Of a stretch of DNA of 64,000 nt, positions 50,124 to 60,000 are shown piece after piece (position 1 is the stretch's first letter; each line of letters starts with the position of its first letter). The DNA is from Elusimicrobiota bacterium (GTDB taxonomy: Bacteria; Elusimicrobiota; Elusimicrobia; UBA1565; UBA9628). The DNA lies in assembly GCA_016212795.1 (NCBI GenBank), contig JACRDT010000015.1:132770-196769 (forward strand), in the 5' to 3' direction. The notes under the pieces are model-generated. The model saw only the letters and a list, made by a program, of their open reading frames with translations. It searched no databases and had not been told where the DNA came from. A program made the position numbers and the translations under genes.

Positions 50124-51458
50124 CTACTCCCCCAGGGCTCCGAACGCATGGGGCCCCCCGGTCCTCTCGCCGGCAAGGGGGTTGTCCGCGCCCAGGACAC
50201 GCTTGCTCGTGAAGGTCGTCGCGCCGCCGGGCGGCAGGTCGACGTCCCAGGTCTCCCCGCTCTTGCTCGCGAGGCGCGCCTTGAGGGGCTTGTCCGCGGC
50301 GTTGAGGAACCTGTAGTGGTACTGCGACCCGCACCGCCCGAGCAGCCAGGCCTTCCCGTTCAACTCGAGGGCCGTCACCTGGATGAACCGGTCGGGCGTC
50401 ACCTCCAGCTTGCGCAGGCAGGGCGCGACGACCGCGCCGTCCAAGGCGCAGGCCAGCTCGCCGCAAGCCGCGGGTGCCCGGGGCGAAGGCCCGGGGGCTG
50501 AAAGCATGGGGGCCTCGCGGACAGGAAGCAAGGGCCGAGAGAATTCCTGCGGCGCGAGGCCTTCCGCTTCGGCCGCCGGCGCCGGCGCCTCCTTGTAGAA
50601 GATCCCGTCGGTGGAGTTCGCCCTCATGGGCGCGGGCTGGACCCGAACGCCCTGGATGAAGGCCGGGATATCCTCGCCGCGGGGGCCGGTGCCGTCCACC
50701 GATTTCTTGTTGTCCTCGGCGCAGTCCGCCGCCCCCCAGGCCTTGCAGTCGCGGCGGGTCCCCTGGGTCGTCACGACCCCGCGCTCGTCGATGCAGTAGG
50801 CCCCCGGCCGCATGACGTTCCAGGAGCACGGAGGCACGATCTTGTACCAGTCCCGATCCGAGGCCGCCTTGGCCCTCTCGGCGGTCCTCTGGGCGGCGGC
50901 CGCGGCCTCTTCCTGGGTGGCGGGCCGGCCCGCGATGAAGCTCTTGTTCTCGACCTGCGAGGTGCTCAGGCCACCATCGGAGGACCCGGACGGCTTCGCG
51001 ATGGCCGCGAGGTACCGGACCGGCTTGAGGCGCGGGGCCGAGGCCGGCGGCCGGCCGGCGAGCCGGCCCGGCTCCTCGGCGGGAACGGGGCCCCGCTGAG
51101 CCTGGCGCTCGGGATACGGCACGAGCCCGTCGGCGGGCTGAAGCGCCGAAGGCTCGGCCGCCGGCCTGGCCGCACCCCCCCCGAACGGCGCGTCATCCAT
51201 CCTGGCCTGCGCCGCGGGCCTGGCCGGGACGTCCCGCGGCGACGACGCGGGGCGCGTCGCGGCCGGCCCTCCCCTCCCGACGTCCTTGAAGATCAGGGCC
51301 GACGCCAGCCCGGCCGCGAGGACCGCCACCGCGGCGAACTTGGCGCGCTCCGCGCCGGCCGGGGCCTTCGGGCGGGCGCGCGACGGGATGACGACGGGAG
51401 GGCTCGCCGGGACGGGACCGGGCTCCGGGTCCGGCCGGGGCGAGGGGTCGATGGCCAC
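50124..51458 (-). CDS. hypothetical membrane-anchored, Pro/Ala-rich and Cys-containing exported protein
   Basis: GTG start. TM FAAVAVLAAGLASALIF. No family recognised. Confidence 0.45.
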   Translation of the reverse strand: MAIDPSPRPDPEPGPVPASPPVVIPSRARPKAPAGAERAKFAAVAVLAAGLASALIFKDVGRGGPAATRPASSPRDVPARPAAQARMDDAPFGGGAARPAAEPSALQPADGLVPYPERQAQRGPVPAEEPGRLAGRPPASAPRLKPVRYLAAIAKPSGSSDGGLSTSQVENKSFIAGRPATQEEAAAAAQRTAERAKAASDRDWYKIVPPCSWNVMRPGAYCIDERGVVTTQGTRRDCKAWGAADCAEDNKKSVDGTGPRGEDIPAFIQGVRVQPAPMRANSTDGIFYKEAPAPAAEAEGLAPQEFSRPLLPVREAPMLSAPGPSPRAPAACGELACALDGAVVAPCLRKLEVTPDRFIQVTALELNGKAWLLGRCGSQYHYRFLNAADKPLKARLASKSGETWDVDLPPGGATTFTSKRVLGADNPLAGERTGGPHAFGALGE

Positions 51459-51497
51459 GCAGATAGTATGCTAGAGCAAGACGGGTGATGCAAGCCC

Positions 51498-51526
51498 TTG
51501 CCTCCCGCCTTCCAGAATGGTAAACA
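51498..51526 (+). promoter_or_regulatory. TTGCCT-N17-TAAACA (with TGn) promoter, -10 box 10 nt from ATG 51537
   Basis: Read directly. Confidence 0.45.
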
Positions 51527-51536
51527 CATGGTGCCC

Positions 51537-52010
51537 ATGAAGCTCTACCTGCTCCGGCACGGCCATGCGTTGTCGGCCACCGAGGCCAAGGTCGCCAGCG
51601 ACGCCGACCGGCCTCTCTCCGACCAGGGGCTCGCCGACGTCAGCCGGATGGCGCTCTACCTCTCCAGCCGGGGCGTCGTGCCGAACCTCATCCTCCACAG
51701 CCCGCTCAAGCGGGCCAGGCAGACGGCCGCTCACGCCCGCTCCGCCTGGCCCAGCCATCCGGCCATCGAGGTCTTCGACCCGCTTGCCAACATCCTCGGC
51801 CCCGAGGAGCTCCTGGACCGCCTCCTGGAGCGCTCGGCGGGCGTGCCCGAACTCCTGGCGGTCGGGCACCAGCCCCAGCTCGGGGAGCTCGCCCGGCACC
51901 TCAGCGACGCGCAGTTCGCCCTGAGGCCGGCCGGCGTCATCGCCCTGGAGACCACGGACAAGAAAGCCCGCACCCTCTGGGCCTTCAACCCCGAAGACCT
52001 CATGCTGTGA
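51537..52010 (+). CDS. sixA: SixA-type phosphohistidine phosphatase (histidine phosphatase superfamily)
   Basis: MKLYLLRHGHA (RHG motif), SPLKRARQTA, AVGHQPQL. Confidence 0.75.
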   Translation: MKLYLLRHGHALSATEAKVASDADRPLSDQGLADVSRMALYLSSRGVVPNLILHSPLKRARQTAAHARSAWPSHPAIEVFDPLANILGPEELLDRLLERSAGVPELLAVGHQPQLGELARHLSDAQFALRPAGVIALETTDKKARTLWAFNPEDLML

Positions 52011-53242
52011 ACCGTCCAAACGCCCGCCGGCGCGCCGGCCTCCTCGCGGCGATGGCGGCGCTGGGGCTCCTCCTGCCGGCCCCCGCGTCGGCCTTGTTCA
52101 GCGCCAAGGAGCTGGAGCGGGTGGACACCGAGCCTTTCCTGGACTACGAGTACTTCTCGGACCTCCAGGCCTTCTCCTACCCGATGGAATGGGACCTCGC
52201 GTGGCGCGCCTCCACCATGTCCTACCGGGCCAGCGGGGCGAGCCTCGACTGTTGCGACCTCCTTTGGTCCCAGGAGCTCCTGACCAGGTTCCAGCTGGCG
52301 GACACGCTGGCCTTCTCCGTGCGCCTCGCCCAGCAGGAAGACAAGGAGCGCCGCGACCTCCACTACCTGCTCGAGTTCGAGAAGAAGCTCCCCTGGGGGC
52401 TGACGGCCTGGGTCTTCGGCGAGCCCACGTACGACAAGAAGGACGCGGACGCCGGGCTGGGCCTGGGTTGCGCGCTCTCCAAGGGCCTCCAGCTCTCCTA
52501 CAGGCGCACGGCCGCGGACTTCCCCTTCAACCGCAAGGCCGGCGACCCCCAGCGCTACAGCCGCCAGCCCTTCACGGACGAGTTCCGCGTCGACGCGGAC
52601 TTCGCGCGAGGCCGGCTCTCGCTCCAGGTCGAGCTGGACCAGCCCCTGCGGCGCGAGTTCTGGAACGAGAGCCGCAGCTACTCCTACCGCAGGACCACGG
52701 GCAGGGCCAGTTACCAGGGGCCCGTCCTGGGCGTGACGGGCAGGCTGGGCTACACCTACGAGTACCAGCACGAAGGCGACTATCTCTCCCCCGACCCGGG
52801 CACGCGCTCGGTCGACTACCGGCGGCGGACCCACACCCTGCTGGCCGCCGTCCTCGCCGACCTGGGGGCCCGCGACTCCCTGGAGGCGGGCCACAACCTC
52901 ATCCTGCGCGACGCGCGCAACGACAACCCCCACGACCCGGACGCCGGCATCATGTACCGCCGGTGGGAGGCCGAACCCTACGCCCGCTGGCGCCACCGCG
53001 CCAGCGACCTCGTCACGACGGAGCTCGCCGCCTTCCTCTCCCTCGGCGAGTACCGCAAGCGCTACCCCGCGCACCTCATCCCGTCCGTCTTCGACCCCAT
53101 CATCCAAGCCAAGCTCGGGACGGGCCTGGACTTCACCTTCGGCCCTAGAGGCCGGGTCGGGCTCTACGGGGCCTTCGACCTCGACGGCGCGGCCACCCAC
53201 CCCTGGGACGGCGGCAGCATCCGGGCCATGTTTGTCTTCTAA
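52007..53242 (+). CDS. putative outer-membrane beta-barrel protein
   Basis: GTGA overlap. Signal peptide LLAAMAALGLLLPAPASA. Alternating amphipathic strands. C-terminal IRAMFVF (terminal Phe). Confidence 0.45.
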   Translation: MNRPNARRRAGLLAAMAALGLLLPAPASALFSAKELERVDTEPFLDYEYFSDLQAFSYPMEWDLAWRASTMSYRASGASLDCCDLLWSQELLTRFQLADTLAFSVRLAQQEDKERRDLHYLLEFEKKLPWGLTAWVFGEPTYDKKDADAGLGLGCALSKGLQLSYRRTAADFPFNRKAGDPQRYSRQPFTDEFRVDADFARGRLSLQVELDQPLRREFWNESRSYSYRRTTGRASYQGPVLGVTGRLGYTYEYQHEGDYLSPDPGTRSVDYRRRTHTLLAAVLADLGARDSLEAGHNLILRDARNDNPHDPDAGIMYRRWEAEPYARWRHRASDLVTTELAAFLSLGEYRKRYPAHLIPSVFDPIIQAKLGTGLDFTFGPRGRVGLYGAFDLDGAATHPWDGGSIRAMFVF

Positions 53243-53251
53243 TGCTATAAT
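53243..53251 (+). promoter_or_regulatory. perfect extended -10 TGCTATAAT for the GGDEF gene (leadered)
   Basis: Read directly, 65 nt before ATG 53316. Confidence 0.5.
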
Positions 53252-53315
53252 CGTCTTCCCGCATGACCGAGCCTAGCGAGGGAATGGTAGATTCCGAGGT
53301 CGTGGGAAAGAAACC

Positions 53316-54152
53316 ATGACGATCCCCAAGCGCCGACGGTCCGACCGCGACGAGGTCCCGTTCTGGAAGACGATCCCGCACCACGTCCTCTTCCCCGTGG
53401 TCGGGTTCGTGTGCGGGGTCTGCTCGCCGGTGGGCGCCTTCGCCATGCGGTACTGGCTCGCCGACCCGATCCTGCAGACCCTCTGGGTGCGCCACGAGCT
53501 CCAGTACAACCTCCTGTTCTACGGCTACATGGCGGTCGGCTCCATCACCACCTTCGTGGCCTTCGGGTACGTCGTGGGCCGGCGCAGCGAGAGCCAGCGT
53601 CTCTCCAACAAGACCCTCCAGGCGCGCGTCGAGGAGCTCCACCTCAAGTCGGTGACGGACAGCCTGACGGGCGCGTTCGGGCACGCGTACCTCCACGAGA
53701 TGCTGGAGATCGAGATCCAGCACGCCCTGACGAGCAAGTCCCCCCTGTCGGTCCTGATGCTCGACATCGACGACTTCAAGAAGATCAACGACACCCACGG
53801 CCACCTCTTCGGGGACCGGGTCATCAAGGAGACCGCGGAGACCATCCGCGCCAGCATCCGCTCCGAGGACATCCTGGGCCGCTACGGCGGGGACGAATTC
53901 CTGGTCATCATGCCCAAAGCGGACCAGGAGACCGCCATCCAGGCGGCCAAACGCATGCTGTCGGGCTTCGCGGGGCGCGGCAAGCTCGCCACGGTCTCCA
54001 TCGGGGCGGCGACCTTCCTCGGCCAGGGCAAGGAAGGCCCGCAGGACCTGCTCGAGCGGGCCGACGCCAACCTCTACGAAGCCAAGCGGGACGGCAAGAA
54101 CAGGGTGAGCGCCCTCACCTTCCCCACCAAGTCCATCCCCCAACCAGAATAG
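53316..54152 (+). CDS. membrane-anchored diguanylate cyclase (GGDEF)
   Basis: N-terminal TMs. DSLTGAFGHAY, MLDIDDFKKINDTHGH, RYGGDEFLVI, LYEAKRDGKNRV. Confidence 0.85.
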   Translation: MTIPKRRRSDRDEVPFWKTIPHHVLFPVVGFVCGVCSPVGAFAMRYWLADPILQTLWVRHELQYNLLFYGYMAVGSITTFVAFGYVVGRRSESQRLSNKTLQARVEELHLKSVTDSLTGAFGHAYLHEMLEIEIQHALTSKSPLSVLMLDIDDFKKINDTHGHLFGDRVIKETAETIRASIRSEDILGRYGGDEFLVIMPKADQETAIQAAKRMLSGFAGRGKLATVSIGAATFLGQGKEGPQDLLERADANLYEAKRDGKNRVSALTFPTKSIPQPE

Positions 54153-54180
54153 GCTCCGGCGCGGGGCCGGCCGGGGGGAG

Positions 54181-54774
54181 CTACGCCAGCAGCTGGCGGG
54201 GCGCCCTGAAGAAGCTCAGGAAGCTGTCCCCGTATTTCTCGCGGCGGAACATCTCGAGACCCTCGGGGGGCTCCACCGGCTCCTTGGCGTGGTGCTGGCA
54301 GACGATCCAGCCCTCGGGGGCGAGCAGACGCGCCTCGAGGATGCGGCGCAGGGTGGGGACCGTGTAGGCCAGGGGCTTCTTCTGGGCGTCCTTGTACGGC
54401 GGCCCGGTGAAGATGAGGTCGTAGAGGGCCAGGCCGGACCTGAACGGGATCCAGGACAGGTCCGAAAGGGCGTTGCCGGGCAGGACCGCCGCGCGGCCCG
54501 CCAGCCCCGCCAGCTCGAGGTTCCCCTTGAGGCTCTCCACCAGGCGGCGGTCGAGCTCGACGAACGACACGCGCTCCGCCCCGCGGCTGAGCGCCTCGAT
54601 GCCCACGGCGCCGGTCCCGGCGTAGAGGTCCAGCAGGCGCGCTCCCCCGACCCGGACCTTGAGGATGTCGAACAGGGACTGCTTGATCCTGCCCGAGATG
54701 GGCCTGAGGGTCTCCGTGCTCCTGAGGCCCGTGGGCAGGCTCCTGCCGCGCAGCTTGCCTCCGATGATCCTCAT
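54181..54774 (-). CDS. rsmD: 16S rRNA (guanine966-N2)-methyltransferase RsmD
   Basis: MRIIGGKLRGRSL, LRPISGRIKQSLFDIL, LDLYAGTGAVGIEALSRGA, IFTGPPY. Confidence 0.8.
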   Translation of the reverse strand: MRIIGGKLRGRSLPTGLRSTETLRPISGRIKQSLFDILKVRVGGARLLDLYAGTGAVGIEALSRGAERVSFVELDRRLVESLKGNLELAGLAGRAAVLPGNALSDLSWIPFRSGLALYDLIFTGPPYKDAQKKPLAYTVPTLRRILEARLLAPEGWIVCQHHAKEPVEPPEGLEMFRREKYGDSFLSFFRAPRQLLA

Positions 54775-54782
54775 GGGAGGAT

Positions 54783-54788
54783 ATTATA
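54783..54788 (-). promoter_or_regulatory. TATAAT -10 box, 8 nt upstream of the rsmD ATG 54774
   Basis: Minus strand reads gtgTATAATatcctcccATG. Confidence 0.45.
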
Positions 54789-54823
54789 CACTCGATGGGC
54801 CCGGCCCGGCATGTCGGCAAGCA

Positions 54824-54852
54824 TTGCATAAGCCTTGGCGTATTAATAGAAT
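54824..54852 (+). promoter_or_regulatory. TTGCAT-N17-TAGAAT promoter, -10 box 10 nt from ATG 54863
   Basis: Read directly. Confidence 0.45.
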
Positions 54853-54862
54853 AACCGCCGTT

Positions 54863-56140
54863 ATGCCCAGGGTCATCGTGGTGGACGACGACGAGATCGT
54901 CGGGAACCTCACCCTCGACCTCGTCACCGGGATGGGCTTCGACGCGGAGCTCATCCAGGACAGCACCACGGTCATGGCCGCCGTCAAGGCCAAGAAGCCG
55001 GAGCTGGTCATCCTCGACATCCTCATGCCCGGCATCGACGGGCTGACGCTGTGCCACCACATCAAGAGCGACCCGGCCACCCAGAACATCAAGGTCGCCA
55101 TGGTCTCCGGCAAGGTCTTCGCCGAGGAGCGCGACCGGGCCAAGCAGTACGGGGCCGACCTCCTCATCAAGAAGCCCTACGACGTCATGACCTTCGGCGA
55201 GCAGATCAAGGCGCTGCTGTCGGGCCCCGCGCCCGTGGAGGAGCCCGAGGCTCCCCCCCTCAAGGACTTCAACGCGGTCAAGGACCCGAAGTACGCCTTG
55301 ACCGTCTGGGGCTGCCGCAGCCTCTCGTCCCACACGACGAGGATGCGCTCCCGCTACGGCTTCCAGACCTCCTGCGTCTCCGTCGAAGTCGGGGGGCACT
55401 ACCTCATCCTCGACGCGGGCTCGGGCATCATCGACCTCGGCCAGGACCTCCTGAGCGGCGACGCCAAGCGCAAGGAGGTCTGGCTGTTCCTCACCCACTT
55501 CCACCAGGACCACATCCAGGGGCTGGCGTTCCTCCCCTGCCTGCGCAGGCCCGACTACACCGTGAACATCGGCGGGGCCAACGACCCCGACAAGAGCCTC
55601 GAGACCCTGATCAAGGAATCCTTCGAGAAGTACCCCTCGACCATGCGCGACCCGTTCGTCGCCGAGGTCCAGCTCTACGAGCTCCAAGAGGACTCCTACG
55701 AGATGCTCCCCGGCATCAACTTGACCGCCTTCTACGCCAACCACCCGTCCACGACGCTGGGCTTCATGTTCGAGACGGGGGGCAGGAAGATGATCTACTG
55801 CCCCGACAGCGAGATCTACGGCGAGACGGCCACGGCCCTGCAGGACTACGACGAGAAGCTGGGCGCCATGTGCGCCGGCGCGGACCTCATCATCCACAAC
55901 GCCCGCTTCCTGCCCGACGACTACAAGCGGCGCAAGAACAACGGCCACACCAGCTACGTGAGCGCCATCGAGTTCGCGGCCCGCAACAAGATCAAGCGCC
56001 TGCTGATGTTCCACCACGACGACCAATACGACGACGAGACCCTCGACGGCATCAGCGAGGACGCGGCCAAGCTCATCGCCCGGAAAGGCTACGCCCTCGA
56101 ATGCGTCATGGCGCGGGCCGGCATGAAGTTCTCCGTCTGA
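54863..56140 (+). CDS. response-regulator receiver domain fused to an MBL-fold metallo-hydrolase
   Basis: RVIVVDDDE...LVILDILMPGIDG...KP receiver motifs. LFLTHFHQDHIQG (HxHxDH). Confidence 0.8.
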   Translation: MPRVIVVDDDEIVGNLTLDLVTGMGFDAELIQDSTTVMAAVKAKKPELVILDILMPGIDGLTLCHHIKSDPATQNIKVAMVSGKVFAEERDRAKQYGADLLIKKPYDVMTFGEQIKALLSGPAPVEEPEAPPLKDFNAVKDPKYALTVWGCRSLSSHTTRMRSRYGFQTSCVSVEVGGHYLILDAGSGIIDLGQDLLSGDAKRKEVWLFLTHFHQDHIQGLAFLPCLRRPDYTVNIGGANDPDKSLETLIKESFEKYPSTMRDPFVAEVQLYELQEDSYEMLPGINLTAFYANHPSTTLGFMFETGGRKMIYCPDSEIYGETATALQDYDEKLGAMCAGADLIIHNARFLPDDYKRRKNNGHTSYVSAIEFAARNKIKRLLMFHHDDQYDDETLDGISEDAAKLIARKGYALECVMARAGMKFSV

Positions 56141-56151
56141 CGGCCTCCCGC

Positions 56152-57051
56152 ATGCCGCGGTTCGACTGCGTCTGCGTGGGCCTGACCACGGTGGACGTGC
56201 TGGCCCTGCACGCCGGCGAGCTGCGGGAGGACGAGAAGATCCCCGCGGAGCGCATCGCCGTGGACGGCGGCGGCCCGGCGGGGACCTGCGCGGCCGTCCT
56301 GGGGCGCTGCGGGCTCAGGACCGCCGTCCTGTCCTTCATCGGCCAAGACGCCTGGACGGGCCTCGTGCTGGGCCAACTCGAGGCCATGGGCGTGTCGACC
56401 GGCCTGGTGCAGGCCGTCCGCGGCATGGCCACCCCGGTCTCCCTGGTCGCGGTCAGCCGGCGCAACGCCTCCCGGACCATCCTCTGGAACAGCCAGGGAG
56501 CCGGCCGGCGCCGGGTCCCCATGGCGCGCCTGCTCCGGGGAGGGGCCCTCGACACGGCCTGCCTCCACAGCGACGGGCACCTCATGGACCTCTCCCTCCG
56601 GCTGGCCGCGGCGGCGCGCCGGGCGGGGATCCTGGTGTCCTACGACTGCGGCTCGGTCAAGCCTGGCTGGGAACGCCTGGCGGGCCTGGCCGACGTGTTC
56701 ATCGCGTCGCACAAGTTCACGCGCCAGCTCGGGATGGCGATCCCCGCCGCCATCCGGGCCCTGCGCGCCCGCCACGGCTTCCAGGTCGCGGTCACCGCGG
56801 GAGAGAAGGGCTGCTACTACTACGACGAGGCCAGGGGCAAGGTGGGCTTCCTGCGCCAGCGGCCCTACGCGGCCGTGGACACCACCGGCTGCGGCGACGT
56901 GTTCCACGGCGCCTTCCTGGCGCGCTATCTCGGGCGGCGGGATTTCCTCGGGGCCCTCGGCTTCGCCCAGGAGACCGCCGGGCTCAAGACCCTCGAGCTC
57001 GGGGGCCGCGCCGGCATCCCCAGCCGCTCGTGGCTGAGGCGCCGCTTGTGA
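56152..57051 (+). CDS. PfkB-family carbohydrate kinase
   Basis: VCVGLTTVDV, GGGPAGTCAAV, DTTGCGDVFHGAF. Confidence 0.8.
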   Translation: MPRFDCVCVGLTTVDVLALHAGELREDEKIPAERIAVDGGGPAGTCAAVLGRCGLRTAVLSFIGQDAWTGLVLGQLEAMGVSTGLVQAVRGMATPVSLVAVSRRNASRTILWNSQGAGRRRVPMARLLRGGALDTACLHSDGHLMDLSLRLAAAARRAGILVSYDCGSVKPGWERLAGLADVFIASHKFTRQLGMAIPAAIRALRARHGFQVAVTAGEKGCYYYDEARGKVGFLRQRPYAAVDTTGCGDVFHGAFLARYLGRRDFLGALGFAQETAGLKTLELGGRAGIPSRSWLRRRL

Positions 57052-60000
57052 TCAGCTGATCCTGGCCCCCTTCGCGATCTTCTTCTTGAGGATGTTGCGC
57101 AGGCTCTTGGCGAACTCGGCGGCGTCCTTGAGCCACCAGCCCTGACCCGCCGGGAAGAGGTCCAGCACGAGCTGGGCGCCGGGCCCCAGGCCGATGCCGT
57201 GGATCTCGACGTCCCTGGCGCCCTTGATGAGCTCGCGGTACTGGTCCCGGTCGAAGTTGTAGTCCGGGTCCCCGTCGTTGACCATGATGACGAGCTTGTC
57301 GCCCCGGCCCAGGCGGATGCGCTCGATGGCCTCCTTGAGCGCCACGTGGGCCTCGGTCGAGCCCGAGCCCGACATGATCATGGAGACGATCTTGCTCTTG
57401 AGCTCGGGGGAGAGCTTCGTCCCGTAGGGCTTGATGACCTTGGGGTCGGAGTCGTACTTCACGATCTCGAAGACCACGCCCGGGACCTTCTCCAGGGCCT
57501 CCATCATCATGACCGCGCCCTCGACGGCGCGCTCCTTCTTCTCCCGGTCCATGCTGCCGCTGGTGTCGATGAGCAGGGAGACCCGGTAGAGGACCTTGTT
57601 GGGCGACATCTCCTCTTTGAAGACGTCCCGCTCGCCCCGGGGGATGGACGGGAGGGCGTCCTCGTCGAGGTCGCCGGTGTCCCGGTTGTGGATGGTGCGC
57701 TGCCTGAGCTTCTGCTTGAGGGCGTGCATCAGCTCCCGGCGCATGGTCGGGACGAGGCCCCGCACCCGGGAGAGGAACTCCTGGTACTGGCGCCGGTCCT
57801 CGAGGGAAAGGTCCTCCTTCTCCTGGTCGGCCTTGTTGAGCCGGGACTTCTGCTTGGCGGCCTGCTCGGGGGTCTGGGGCTTGTCCGCGGAGCTCTTCTT
57901 GGAGGCCTGGCCCGACCCACCCTGCCCTTGCTTGCCGTCCTGGGGCTCGCCGGATTCCTGCTGGCCCTCCTTGCCCTCCTGCCCTTTCTGGCGGGCCTGC
58001 TCCATCTTCTTGCGCAACTCCTCCATCTCGCGCTTGGCCTTTTCGCGGGCGTCCTTCGACATCTTCTCGGGGTCGTCGACGACCTTGCTGGCGTGCTTGT
58101 CCCGGTACTCCTTGGAGGCTTTCTCGAGCTTCTCCTTGGCCTGCCGCTCGAGCTCCTTGCGCTCGGAGTCGCTCAAGTTGTCGTCGGAAGACCGACCCTG
58201 GCCCTGGCCTTGGCCCTGCTGCCGCTTCTGTTGCTGCTTGGCCCTCTGCTCCATCTCAGACTTGGTCGCCTCGTCGAGGAGCTCCTGGTAGATGGGCCAG
58301 ATCTCATAGAGCACGATATCGAAGGCGCGCCGCGCGTCGGCCGCCTTGAAAGCGCGCTGGAGGGCGCCGTCCGCCCGCCGCAGGGCGTCCCGGACGCGCT
58401 CGTCGACCACGCGGGGATCGGGCTTCCCGGTCCACCACTCGTAGATGAGCGCGTAGTTGAACTGCAGGTGCAGGGGAATGGACTGCCACTGGTTGCGCTC
58501 CAAGCCCAGGTCCCTGATCTCGTAGTCCTTGGCGTAGGCGGCGTCCACCCATGGCTGGGCCCCGGGGTGGGCGCCCAAGCCCAGGTTGTTCACCCTGGGA
58601 TCCTCCACGGCCCACCAGAGCGCCTGGAAGGACATGTTGTCCGCCAGGTCGGGATGGTCGAAGATCAGCTCTGGTCGGCTGTGGAGAAGGTGCCAGGACT
58701 CGTGCGCGGTCCGGCCGAGGGAGACGTTGCGGTCCGGATCCGCGAGGTCCTCGGGGAGGTAGTGGATCTCCGACAAGCCCGAGACCACGCGCCAGGTGCG
58801 CGGCGTCTCGTCGGAGCGCTCGCCGTGCTTCTCGAGGTAGTAGAAGGGGACGAGCCTGATCGGGGGATATTGGGCCAAGAGCCTCGCCACGTTCTCGAGG
58901 ACCTTGGCCCAGGCTTCCTGCCCCTGGTCGGCCGCTCCCCCGGCGGGCTGGCCCTTGGGCGACGTGAAGGGCATCGGCGGGAGGTGCCTTCCGAACCTGT
59001 TCCACCGCCCATGGACCCCCAGGAACTCGCCGTCCCAGTCGTGGTCGTGGACCCGGGACTTCCAATGCTCGCCCGGCGGACTGGGCGGCGGGTCGGCCGG
59101 CTTGGGGTCCTGCGTCCCTGCGTCGGCGGCCTTGGGCCTGGGCGCCGGCTTCTCGAGGGCCTCCTCTACGGCAGGTTCAAGGGACTTTTTTTTTACATCC
59201 TCGCCCTCGGCCGCCGCCTGCCGCGCAGCGGCAGGTGCCTTGCCCAGGCCGTTGGCCGTGAGCACCTTCGAGATGGCCTCGCCGATGGCCGGGTCCTCCA
59301 CGATGGAGGAGGGGTTGTAGGTCTTGGTGAAGATGTCCGCCACGCTGTCCTGCGGGAACTGCTGGACGTGCTGCACGATGTGCATGAGCGTTCGGGGCGC
59401 GATCGGCAGCGGCAGGATCTCGGGGTACATCCTGCGCAGGTCGTTGGCGATGGAGACCAGGCGGTGGATGATGTCCCTGGACACCTTGCCGAAGAAGATC
59501 GCGAGCAACGCCTCCTCCTCCTCCGGCGGCAGGTACTTGACGTCCAGGGTCATGCCGAAGCGGCTGGAGAGCTCGCCCGAGGGGGGCTCGCCCTTGTAGG
59601 GGGGCTTCACCGGGTTCATCGTGCCGATGACCCAGGACTTGGTCCGGTCGTACTTGATGACCCGGCCGTCCGCCAGCCGGTACTCGCCGTTCTGAAGGAT
59701 GTTGTTGAGGACCGCGATGCCCTCGAGCGGCTTGTGCATCTCGTCGAGCACCAGGATGCCGCCTTCCTGCATCCAGCGCAGGACCGTCGAAGGCGTCAGG
59801 CCCGTCTTGTTCTTGCCTTCCTCGCCGAAGGTCTCCCGGGCGATGAGGTCCTTGTTCCGGGTGTACTCGTTCATCGAGACCATCCAGAGCTCGTTGCCCG
59901 TGAGCTGGGCCAGCATCGAGGCGATCCAGGTCTTGCCGCCCCCGGTCTCGCCGATGTAGAGCACGTGCTGCTGGAGCGAGAAGCCCTTCAAGGTGTCGTA

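Noticed and set aside
57800-58260. Repetitive K/E/Q-rich and QGQGQG-coding stretch as a DNA-level tandem repeat
   Set aside because: Low-complexity coding sequence of a coiled-coil linker. No exact nucleotide periodicity beyond a short GGCCAG/GGTCAG run.
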